64,000 nt of DNA from assembly GCA_017608025.1 (NCBI GenBank), contig JAFCGM010000005.1:984-64983 (forward strand), in the 5' to 3' direction. The stretch is from Candidatus Pacearchaeota archaeon. GTDB taxonomy: Archaea > Nanobdellota > Nanobdellia > UBA10117 > JABICX01. The stretch's first letter is position 1. Every line of letters starts with the position of its first letter. The position numbers and the translations under genes were made by a program. Of this stretch, positions 56,102 to 64,000 are shown in pieces. The notes under the pieces were generated by a model. It was not told the origin of the DNA and ran no database searches. It saw nothing but the letters and a program-made list of their open reading frames with translations.

Positions 56102-56794
56102 CTAAATTTTTGACAATAAAAAGTCTCCTATCTTCAGAATGTCATCCGGTTGTCCTAAGTCTTTCCAATAATCTTTGATTTTCAAAACCCGAACTTTTTT
56201 TTCTTTTGCAAGTAAGGTTAATGCATCAGTTAATTCAAGTTCGCCCCTTGGAGAAACTTCAATTTTCTCAATTGCCTCAAAAATCTCAGGAGTCAGTTTA
56301 ATTAGTCCGGTGTTAATCAGATTTCCGACAAATTCTTTTGGCTTTTCTTTAATTTCTTCAAGAAAACCGTTATTTTCTATCAGTACTCCATATTTGTTCG
56401 GATTTTCAACCTCAAAACCTTTAATGTAATTTAAGTTATCGTCTTTCCAGCAGTCCTTAAAATCTTCTGAACTGTAAAGATTGTCTCCAGGAACAAGAAG
56501 AAAATTGTCTTTTCCAACAAAGTTCTTAGCATATCTTACTGCGTCAGCAGTTCCTTTCTGCTCTGGCTGGTCAACAAAAACAGCACTTATCTTTAGTTTT
56601 TTAACATAATTTATAATCTGCTCTTTCTTGTAATGGACAACAAAGCAGAATTCATCAAATCCAGCTTTCTGCAAATTTTCAATTAAATAGCTCAAAAAAG
56701 GCTTTTCATTAATTTCAATCATTGGCTTAGCATACTTTTCAGTAATTGGTCTCATTCTAGTGCCCTTGCCAGCGCACATAATCACAACCTTCAT
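56102..56794 (-). CDS. Sugar-phosphate nucleotidyltransferase
   Basis: CAGKGTRMRP...KPM, QKGTADA, SPRGELELTDA. Confidence 0.9.
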   Translation of the reverse strand: MKVVIMCAGKGTRMRPITEKYAKPMIEINEKPFLSYLIENLQKAGFDEFCFVVHYKKEQIINYVKKLKISAVFVDQPEQKGTADAVRYAKNFVGKDNFLLVPGDNLYSSEDFKDCWKDDNLNYIKGFEVENPNKYGVLIENNGFLEEIKEKPKEFVGNLINTGLIKLTPEIFEAIEKIEVSPRGELELTDALTLLAKEKKVRVLKIKDYWKDLGQPDDILKIGDFLLSKI

Positions 56795-56846
56795 AAAAGT
56801 ATATTAAGAGCAATGCTTTTAAACCATTTTGTTCAAAGTAAATCAT

Positions 56847-56920
56847 GGGCTCGTAGCATAACCTGGATAGTGCGTCCGGTTTCGGCCCGGTTGATGTGGG
56901 TTCAAATCCTACCGAGCTCG
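56847..56920 (+). tRNA. tRNA-Arg(TCG)
   Basis: GGGCTCG/CGAGCTC; CCGG-TTTCGGC-CCGG; TTCAAAT. Confidence 0.9.
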
Positions 56921-56990
56921 TTGTCCTTCATGCTGAAGGGATTTACGAGATTCGTTCCGGGGCAAACAGTGCCCGGATCGAGCCCAGCAA

Positions 56991-57127
56991 GCCCCGGTGG
57001 TGTAGTCCGGCCAATCATTTCAGCCTCTCGCAGCCCTTTTATTGGCTTCGCTTGTGAAAAAGCACTGGCGGAAAAAATAATGCGCTGGAGAAAGCTGAGG
57101 ACGTGAGTTCAAATCTCGCCCGGGGCA
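56991..57127 (+). tRNA. tRNA-Glu(CTC) with a 62-nt intron (57031-57092)
   Basis: GCCCCGG/CCGGGGC; TCAGC/GCTGA stem; BHB with CTCT:GGAG central helix and AGC:GCT outer helix. Confidence 0.92.
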
Positions 57128-57139
57128 GCTTTTTCAAAA

Positions 57140-57745
57140 ATGGCTAAAATAAAATTAATCATCTTTGACATTTGGAATACGCTTATGTACACACATGAAA
57201 ATAAATTAGATGTTATGCTTGAGCTTTTAGGTATTGATGAAGCAACATTCAGAGATGGAATAAAGCGAATGTGTCTTTCTAAAATGTCTATTGAAGATCT
57301 TTTCTCAGAATTTACAACAGATAAAAAGAAACTTAAAACTGCTGTTGATTTATGGATGAATGATAAAGTTACTATTTACAAGGATGTTATTCCTACGCTG
57401 AATGTATTATATGGGAAAATTAAGATGGCAATTCTTTCTAACTCTTCAACATACATAAGAGAATTTTTGAAGGAAAAAAGGATTTCTGCGTATTTTGATA
57501 AGATTTATTTGTCTGCAGAATACGGACTTCTTAAGCCAGATCCAAGGCTTTTTAATATAATTCTTAAAGATTTTAATTTAAAACCAGAAGAAGTAGCAAT
57601 GGTCGGCGACAAGGAAAGCAAAGACATCGCCCCAGCCAAGCAAAAGGGAATTCTCGGAATTTTGATTGACAGAAAAAACTCAAAAGAGAAAATCCTTGCT
57701 GACTACAAAATTCAGAATTTGAGAGAAATAGAAAAGATAATTTAG
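57140..57745 (+). CDS. HAD-superfamily hydrolase
   Basis: FDIWNTL, LSNS, KPDPRLF, MVGD...DI. Confidence 0.9.
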   Translation: MAKIKLIIFDIWNTLMYTHENKLDVMLELLGIDEATFRDGIKRMCLSKMSIEDLFSEFTTDKKKLKTAVDLWMNDKVTIYKDVIPTLNVLYGKIKMAILSNSSTYIREFLKEKRISAYFDKIYLSAEYGLLKPDPRLFNIILKDFNLKPEEVAMVGDKESKDIAPAKQKGILGILIDRKNSKEKILADYKIQNLREIEKII

Positions 57746-57935
57746 TTTTCTTTTGGCAACTTGGGTTTTCTTTTTCTAAAAGAAAAGCCAGCTGACTACA
57801 AAATTCAGAATTTGAGAGAAATAGAAAAGATAATTTAGTTTTCTTTGGGTTACCTTACCACATTCTTTTCTGTAGAGCAGTTTCTTTCGGGTTGTAAGAA
57901 GCTATATTTTTCCGTGAATGCTTTTTCTAAAATAG
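57698..57935. repeat. HAD tail duplication (56 bp) with hairpin modules
   Basis: 57698-57753 equals 57791-57846, separated by TGGCAACTTG-GGTTTTCTTT-TTCT-AAAAGAAAAGCC-A; TTTTCCGTGAATGCTTTTTCTAAAA module near 57907. Confidence 0.9.
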
Positions 57936-57940
57936 TTCAA

Positions 57941-58597
57941 TTACTTCCAGAGCCAGCCCAGAAGTCCTTTTCCTTTTTCAGCTTTTGCGAGATTTGTAAG
58001 TCTTTCTTGTTCTTTTTCCATAACCTGAATTTGTTCTTCAAATGCTTCGCAAACTTCTTCATCTGCTTGGCATTGTTGTCGCAGTTGTTTTAGTTGTTGA
58101 ACAGCCTCTTTGTTTTGATTTGCAATTTGCTCAAGCTCTTCTCCTGTTTCTTTATCTCCGCCGAAAAGCAATCTTGCAAATGCTCCTTTTTTCTGAGCCG
58201 TTGCTTCAGCTTTAAGAGATTCATTTATCCGATTGTTCCATTGCCTTGCAATTTCAGAAACTTGAGGTCCAATTCCCCCAACTAATTCTCCCATAGCAAG
58301 AAGATTGTGAACAGCATTTCGAACTTGATTCTGATTTTTATAAGCCTTTGCTTCAGCACCCTGTTTTCCTTCAGCTTGCTCTTCAAGAACTCTTTTTCTT
58401 TCTTGAGCCATTTGCTTAAATTCTTCTAAATTTCCTGCTATTGCTTGGGTTGCGATTGCAAGCTGTGTTTCTTCACCAGTATTCTGTGTAGAAACTTCCT
58501 GTCCTGAGCTAGAAGCTCCAGCTCCTTGCGGTCCAACTGCAAAAACAGCACCAAATAGAAAAAGTCCTATAAAAATACTAAATAATATTTTTTTCAT
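57941..58597 (-). CDS. Secreted coiled-coil protein
   Basis: Signal peptide (AVFA|VG), helical Q/E/K-rich body, C-terminal GLLGWLWK. Confidence 0.7.
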   Translation of the reverse strand: MKKILFSIFIGLFLFGAVFAVGPQGAGASSSGQEVSTQNTGEETQLAIATQAIAGNLEEFKQMAQERKRVLEEQAEGKQGAEAKAYKNQNQVRNAVHNLLAMGELVGGIGPQVSEIARQWNNRINESLKAEATAQKKGAFARLLFGGDKETGEELEQIANQNKEAVQQLKQLRQQCQADEEVCEAFEEQIQVMEKEQERLTNLAKAEKGKGLLGWLWK

Positions 58598-58640
58598 TCT
58601 AGTAAAAAATTAAAAATACAAGTATAAAAATATTTGGAAA

Positions 58641-59081
58641 TTACTTTTCAGAGCCTTTTTCAATTCCAATAATTTTAATCCTGAAATTCAGGTTTTTTCC
58701 TGCAAGAGGATGATTCATATCAATAGTAATATCTTGTTCAGATACTTCAATGATTTTCGCAGGGATTTTCTGTCCTTCTGAAGTTGTTAAAGCAAGAACC
58801 ATTCCTTTCTTTGCTTCAGGCTCTTTTGGAAGCTTGTCTTTTGGAATTTTTTGTATTAAGTTTTCATTTTTTGGTCCGTAAGCATCTTTAACATCAATGT
58901 GAATATTCTTTTCCTCATTTTCATTCATTCCAATTACTGCTTCGTCAAATCCTTTTATTACATCACCATTTCCAGCTATAAATTCCAGAGGTTCTTTGCC
59001 CTCTGAAGAATCAAAAACTTTTCCATCTTCTAACATTCCAGTGTATTCAACTTTAACTGTATCGCCTTTTTCAACTGCCAT
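58641..59081 (-). CDS. slyD: FKBP-type peptidyl-prolyl isomerase (SlyD-like)
   Basis: GDTVKVEYTG, VFDSS, AYG, DMNHPLAGK. Confidence 0.93.
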   Translation of the reverse strand: MAVEKGDTVKVEYTGMLEDGKVFDSSEGKEPLEFIAGNGDVIKGFDEAVIGMNENEEKNIHIDVKDAYGPKNENLIQKIPKDKLPKEPEAKKGMVLALTTSEGQKIPAKIIEVSEQDITIDMNHPLAGKNLNFRIKIIGIEKGSEK

Positions 59082-59259
59082 TGTTGTTTAAATGGTAAGG
59101 TGTTCTTTTATAAGCTTATAGGTCTTTTAGAAGATATTGGACAAATCCCCTAAATCTTTTTATACTAAAGATTAAAAAAGATTTTCTAAAGAGATTCCAA
59201 AAAGCAACCAATACATTGCTTGCAATGCGCTCCGCGTGAATCTCTTCGTGAGAAGAACA

Positions 59260-61131
59260 ATGGAATTTTTCCCTTTTGAAAAAGTGCGCCCAGAGCAAAA
59301 CAAACTTATAGCAGACATAAAAAACGCAGTTGAAAACAAGAAAAACATTATTGCTCATGCTCCAACAGGTTTGGGAAAAACTGCAGCAGCATTAACTCCT
59401 TTAATAGAATTTGCTGAAAAAAACAATTTAAACATTTTTTTCCTAACTTCCAGAAATGCACAGCATAACTTAATTATGGAAACACTGCAAAGCATAAACA
59501 AGAAAACAAAAGTGAATTCTGTTGATTTCATTGGAAAAAAGCACATGTGTCCAAAAGTACGGCAATACAATCAAAGAGAGCTGAACTTCTTTGATTTCTG
59601 CAAAAATCTTCGGAAAAACAAAGAATGTGAGCTTTACCTTAATTCTTTTCAAAAAGCAGAACATTCAAAGCAGGCAAAAGATTTTGCAAAAAAAATTATT
59701 GAAAACGGACCTGCAAATGTAGAAAAGATTGTTGAACTAACAAAAAATAAATTCTGCACTTATGAAATTTCAATTCTTCTGGCAAAAGAGGCAAGAGTTT
59801 TTGTTGGAGATTATTTTCATGTTTTTGACCCTTCAATTCAAAAACACCTTTTCCAGCGAATTGGAAAAGAGCTCAGTAAGACAATTCTTGTAATTGATGA
59901 AGCTCACAACTTGCCAGATAGAATAAGAAATGACTGGACACTTCAGCTTAATACATTTCTTTTGAAAAACCTTGCTGACAAATTGAAAAAACAGCACTAT
60001 AATGATTTTGCAAACATAATTCTTAAAATAAAAGATGAACTAAAAAACTATGCTTCTGATCAGCTTTTTCAGGAAAATGAAGTTTATGCAAACAAGCAGG
60101 ATTTTGTGTCAATTATTGAAGAAGCATCAAAGCAGAACTACACTTCATTTTTAAATGATTTTTCAAAACTTAGCGATGAAATTGAAGAACGAGAAGAATA
60201 TGATGAATTCACGAGATTTGCAATGTTTTTGAAATTCTGGGTCAATTTTGACAAGGGTTTTGCAAGAATTCTGAGAACTGAAAAAACAAAATCCGGAAAA
60301 ACATTTCCTTCTTTGGAATTCTGCTGCCTTGACCCGTCAATTATAACAAAGCCGCTTTTTGATGAAGCATATTCCTCAATTCTAATGTCTGGAACTCTTT
60401 TACCTGGAGAAATGTATAGGGACATTCTTGGATTTGAGCCTGAGGAAACAGAAATCAAAGTTTACAAAAATCCTTTTCCTAGAAAAAACAAACTTGTGCT
60501 TACCTCCTCAAGTATAACAACAAAATATTCAGAAAGAAGCGAGGAAATGTTTAAGCGCATAGCAGCCTCCTGCGCCTATTTAATAAATTCTGTAAATGGA
60601 AATTCAGCAGTTTTCTTTCCATCATACAGCTTCATGTCAAAGACATTGTTTTATCTTACTGCAATTTCCAAGAAAAAGCTTTTTGTTGAAAAACAGGGAA
60701 TGACTCAACAGGAACGCGAGGAATTAATAAGCAAATTCAAAAGCAATGTTATTAATGGGGGCTCTGCTTTGTTAGGAGTTCAGGGAGCAAACTTCTCAGA
60801 AGGCATTGATTTGCCAGGAGAACTTTTAAAAGGAGTTGCAATTGTTGGAGTTCCCTTAGCACCGCCAAATCTTCGCCAAAAATCCTTAATTGATTATTTT
60901 GAAAACAAGCTTGGAAAGGGTTGGGATTATGGATATGTTTTTCCAGCAATAAACCGTGCTCTGCAAGCAGCAGGACGCTGCATTAGAAGTGAAAAAGATA
61001 CTGGAATAATTGCCTTTCTTGACAAGAGGTTTCTATGGGACAAGTACAGGAAAATAATTCCGCCTGACTGGGAAATGAAGCCCACCGACGACTTAAGAAC
61101 AGAGATCAGAAATTTTTTTAATGAAAATTAA
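59260..61131 (+). CDS. xpd: XPD/Rad3 Fe-S DNA helicase
   Basis: APTGLGKT, four Fe-S Cys, DEAH, MSGTL, SEGID, QAAGRCIR. Confidence 0.93.
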   Translation: MEFFPFEKVRPEQNKLIADIKNAVENKKNIIAHAPTGLGKTAAALTPLIEFAEKNNLNIFFLTSRNAQHNLIMETLQSINKKTKVNSVDFIGKKHMCPKVRQYNQRELNFFDFCKNLRKNKECELYLNSFQKAEHSKQAKDFAKKIIENGPANVEKIVELTKNKFCTYEISILLAKEARVFVGDYFHVFDPSIQKHLFQRIGKELSKTILVIDEAHNLPDRIRNDWTLQLNTFLLKNLADKLKKQHYNDFANIILKIKDELKNYASDQLFQENEVYANKQDFVSIIEEASKQNYTSFLNDFSKLSDEIEEREEYDEFTRFAMFLKFWVNFDKGFARILRTEKTKSGKTFPSLEFCCLDPSIITKPLFDEAYSSILMSGTLLPGEMYRDILGFEPEETEIKVYKNPFPRKNKLVLTSSSITTKYSERSEEMFKRIAASCAYLINSVNGNSAVFFPSYSFMSKTLFYLTAISKKKLFVEKQGMTQQEREELISKFKSNVINGGSALLGVQGANFSEGIDLPGELLKGVAIVGVPLAPPNLRQKSLIDYFENKLGKGWDYGYVFPAINRALQAAGRCIRSEKDTGIIAFLDKRFLWDKYRKIIPPDWEMKPTDDLRTEIRNFFNEN

Positions 61132-61699
61132 GAGAACATTAAGTATGGAATCTGTTGAAGAAGCAAAAACACTTCTTAAAAATGAAATAAGTGAACAGAA
61201 TTTAATAAAGCACTGCTTAGCAGTTGCCGCAATTATGAAAGCTATTGCTAAAAAGCTTGGTGAAAATGAAAATTTATGGGAGATAACAGGACTTTTGCAT
61301 GATTTTGACTATGAGGAAACAAAAGACAATCACAAACAGCACGGATTGATTGCATCAGAAAAATTAAAGCAAAAACTTCCTCCAGAATCCTTACATGCAA
61401 TTGAGGCACACAACTTCGAAAATACTTCAGTACTCCCCGAATCAAAAATAGATTATGCTTTGATTGCAGCAGACGCAATTTCTGGTTTGGTAATTGCAAC
61501 AGCTCTTGTTAGGCCCTCAAAAAAGCTTGAGGATGTAAAGCCGAAAAGTATAAAAAAGAAATTCAAGCAAAAAGAATTTGCAAAAAATTGTTCTCGGAAA
61601 AAGATTCTCTACTGCGAAAAACTGGGAATTGAGCTTTCAGAATTTATTGAAATTTCCCTAATTTCTCTAAAAAGAATATCTAAAAATCTTGGGCTCTAA
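61121..61699 (+). CDS. HD-domain (HDIG) phosphohydrolase
   Basis: KHCLAV, GLLHDFDY, HG, AH, ADAISG. Confidence 0.88.
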   Translation: MKIKRTLSMESVEEAKTLLKNEISEQNLIKHCLAVAAIMKAIAKKLGENENLWEITGLLHDFDYEETKDNHKQHGLIASEKLKQKLPPESLHAIEAHNFENTSVLPESKIDYALIAADAISGLVIATALVRPSKKLEDVKPKSIKKKFKQKEFAKNCSRKKILYCEKLGIELSEFIEISLISLKRISKNLGL

Positions 61700-61905
61700 T
61701 TATTTTTTGGTTTGTAGTTATTTCCTGATTTGTATTCTTCCAGAGACTGCTTGTAGCGGAAAATTCCACCAATTTCTTCTCCATTTTTGTTGTAAAGAGG
61801 ACGGAATTCAGTATCTTTGAGAAGACATTCTAAAAAACTGCGTTCTTCTTTTGGAAAAATTTTTTTTCTTAAGTAATTTATAATTTTCATTATGATACCT
61901 CGCAT
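61696..61905 (-). CDS. Small hypothetical protein
   Basis: About 64-69 aa; GAGGT SD before the second Met. Confidence 0.45.
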   Translation of the reverse strand: MRGIIMKIINYLRKKIFPKEERSFLECLLKDTEFRPLYNKNGEEIGGIFRYKQSLEEYKSGNNYKPKNN

Positions 61906-61989
61906 TGAATTTTGTGATATTTCATTTATAAAGGTATTGGTTTAAAATATCAAAACGCTTAAAAAACACAATAAGTTTTTCTAGACTAT

Positions 61990-62073
61990 GCTAGGGTACC
62001 CAAGCGGTCAAAGGGGCAGGACTTAAGATCCTGTGGCTTAGTGCCTTCCGGGGTTCGAATCCTCGCCCTAGCA
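61990..62073 (+). tRNA. tRNA-Leu(TAA)
   Basis: GCTAGGG/CCCTAGC; CAGGA-CTTAAGA-TCCTG; long variable arm; A73. Confidence 0.94.
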
Positions 62074-62466
62074 CTGCCCTTTCTTTCCCAAAGAAAGTGC
62101 AAGTTGCCCAAAGAAAAACAACAATAGTTCTTTGCAAACACCAAAGAAAATGCTTCGGTCATAATAACCTATTTATTCGAAAGAAAAACAACAATAGTTC
62201 TTTGCAAACTTATTATTTTTGATGAAACTTTTTCTAAAAGTTTCTTTTTGATGAAACTTTTTCTAAAAGTTTCTGGGGGATGCAAACACTTTTCTAAAGG
62301 GTTTGCAGGGGTTAAGAATCCTCGCCCTAGCACTTTCTCTTTTAGAAAAAGAGAACCTGCACTAAGAGAAAACTAATCTTTAAAAAAAGATGCATCAAAA
62401 ATGTTTCGCTGCCGCTTAACATACTTTTCTTTTTTGAAAAGAAAATATCATCGCCCTAGCACTGCC
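62057..62466 (+). repeat. tRNA-Leu tail present three times, with nested hairpin modules
   Basis: Tail copies at 62316-62334 (19 bp) and 62451-62466 (16 bp); internal 30-bp repeat (62110/62180) and 29-bp tandem (62216/62245). Confidence 0.9.
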
Positions 62467-62599
62467 TGTTAAACATATTGATAAAATAAGGCAGTAATAT
62501 GAATGAATAATCATTAAAATTTTTTCTAAAACAAACCAACAGAGAGCAGTTATTAACATTTGGCCTATAAATAATAAATTTGCCTTAACTCGCAGATAT

Positions 62600-62990
62600 A
62601 TCCAAGGATAGCTTTATTTTTATTTATGTTGTACTGTATTACATTTACACTCGCGCGGAAAATTTTGATGAAGCATGGGTTTTAGAGTCTAAAAATGGGA
62701 GACATTTTACAAAAAGATTCAAAATCAAAATTCCTTTTGCTTTCCAGTTTTCTATTATAGACGAAGGTGATTATTATGTTGCTTACATAGGGCACATACC
62801 TGCTGACATTAAACCATATACTGATTTAGAGTGCCCTAATTTGCGTTATCCTATTAGAGCTATCTCAAAAAACGGAATAAACTGGCAAAGGATTATAGAA
62901 CAACTTAATGGACCATGACATTGAGATAGAATTTATTGTAATGGTTATGCTGTACTTAAATTATTTGATGGATATTATTTTTATTAATTT
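62600..62990 (+). pseudogene. Decayed Asp-box/beta-propeller protein fragment
   Basis: Startless frame ...WVLESKNGRHF...RAISKNGINWQ... with two S-x-D/N-G-x-x-W/F boxes, followed by in-frame stops. Confidence 0.5.
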
Positions 62991-63106
62991 TCAGCTGCAA
63001 CCTATTTTTACTTTCGCCAATTTTTTCTTCAGTATGTTTCACTTCGTTTGAGCCTTTGCTATGCAAAAAGATAAGTTTATATGCATAATTGTTTATAATT
63101 AATATT

Positions 63107-64000
63107 ATGAAAAAAAGAACAGTAGTTTTATTTTTGTTAGGAATATTATTAGTTTCACCTGTAGTTTTAGCTCAAGAACAATCTCAAACTTATTCTGAAT
63201 TTAACAGGCTTACAGATAATATTAAAATGTTTTTTTCTTCAGGAGATAATAAGGTTAAATTAGCTTTGGAAATTAGGGAGAAAGAAGTAGATTCAGCAAT
63301 AACTAATATTCAAAATCAAGAAGAAGATAAAGCTATTAAAAATTTAAAAAGGGCAAAAGAAAAACTTCAGACTGTGCAAGAAAAAGTTTCTTTGGAGACT
63401 TCAAAAGAAATTAAAACAAATGTTAATGAGATTAAAGAAAAAATAAGTCGAGAGAAAAATCTTCCTGAAGAATTTGATGAATACATTTTAGAAGAAGAAA
63501 AAACCATGCTCACAGCTGAGCTTACTGAAAAAACTTATAAATATTGCAGTGAGCTTGCTAAAGAAGATTTTAATTTAATGTTAAAAGAAGAGAAATGTAA
63601 TCCTAAAACTGCACCAGAATCACTTAGGGATGATTTAGAAAAATTAAAAGACCTTCAAGAAAGAATGTTTGTTCAATTAATGTTAGAAATTAGAAGTTGC
63701 ATAGATGACCCTGGAACTTGCAATTGTGAAGTGAATGTTGATGCTGAACAAAAAGCAAAATGCGAGAAAATGGTTGCTCTTGCTCTTAAATGTGAATATA
63801 AAGATGATGAAGCAGCTTGTGAGGAATTAGAACTTATGAAACCTAAGCAAGGAGATAATTTCGCAGAAAGTTTTGTTCCTGATTTTTTAAGAAATTTATT
63901 TAAGAAAAAAGACTACATGATAGAGTATGATATAGAGCCTTCAGATTGTGTTCCTGAAGAATGTTGGAATTATAACAACAAACCTGAATGTAAGAAATAT
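63107..64000 (+). CDS. Secreted helical, Cys-rich protein (runs off the window end)
   Basis: MKKRTVVLFLLGILLVSPVVLA|QE signal peptide; open to 64000. Confidence 0.75.
   Translation, partial: MKKRTVVLFLLGILLVSPVVLAQEQSQTYSEFNRLTDNIKMFFSSGDNKVKLALEIREKEVDSAITNIQNQEEDKAIKNLKRAKEKLQTVQEKVSLETSKEIKTNVNEIKEKISREKNLPEEFDEYILEEEKTMLTAELTEKTYKYCSELAKEDFNLMLKEEKCNPKTAPESLRDDLEKLKDLQERMFVQLMLEIRSCIDDPGTCNCEVNVDAEQKAKCEKMVALALKCEYKDDEAACEELELMKPKQGDNFAESFVPDFLRNLFKKKDYMIEYDIEPSDCVPEECWNYNNKPECKKY

Noticed and set aside
62057-62466. CRISPR array or mini-array
   Set aside because: Repeats are tRNA tails and hairpin modules of unequal length and spacing; no constant repeat-spacer period and no cas genes.

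Overview
This 64-kb AT-rich window comes from a small-genome archaeon. A DPANN/Nanobdellota-like lineage is inferred from the gene content, archaeal TATA/BRE promoters, GGAGGTG-type SD sites and BHB-type tRNA introns. Housekeeping genes include lig, ftsZ, gatDE, EF-2, EF-1A, uS10, thrC, metG, nurA-herA/rad50-mre11, proS, proteasome beta, aCPSF1, eS1, uS15, bud32, arcC-argF, asnS, slyD and xpd. There are 12 tRNA genes, three with introns. An accessory island (~27.5-37.1 kb) carries a helicase IV-like UvrD, an HNH protein, membrane proteins, a RelBE-type module and a dif-like site. No CRISPR, rRNA, integrase or transposase is visible. The most striking unexplained signal is a recurrent 'gene tail - hairpin module - second copy of the same gene tail' architecture: 11 tail copies at 10 loci, comprising 5 tRNA genes and 5 protein genes. 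Every second copy is preceded within about 12 nt by a T-run/short-loop/A-run hairpin from one shuffled repeat family. At EF-2 and aCPSF1 the second copy encodes the identical C-terminal peptide with different synonymous codons, so it is not a local duplication or an assembly echo. It looks like the scar of a hairpin-guided capture or exchange of DNA downstream of conserved genes. The same family also builds tRNA operon spacers and appears in tRNA introns. The mechanism is inference; no enzyme is in the window. Product calls come from motif recognition only, with no database search.
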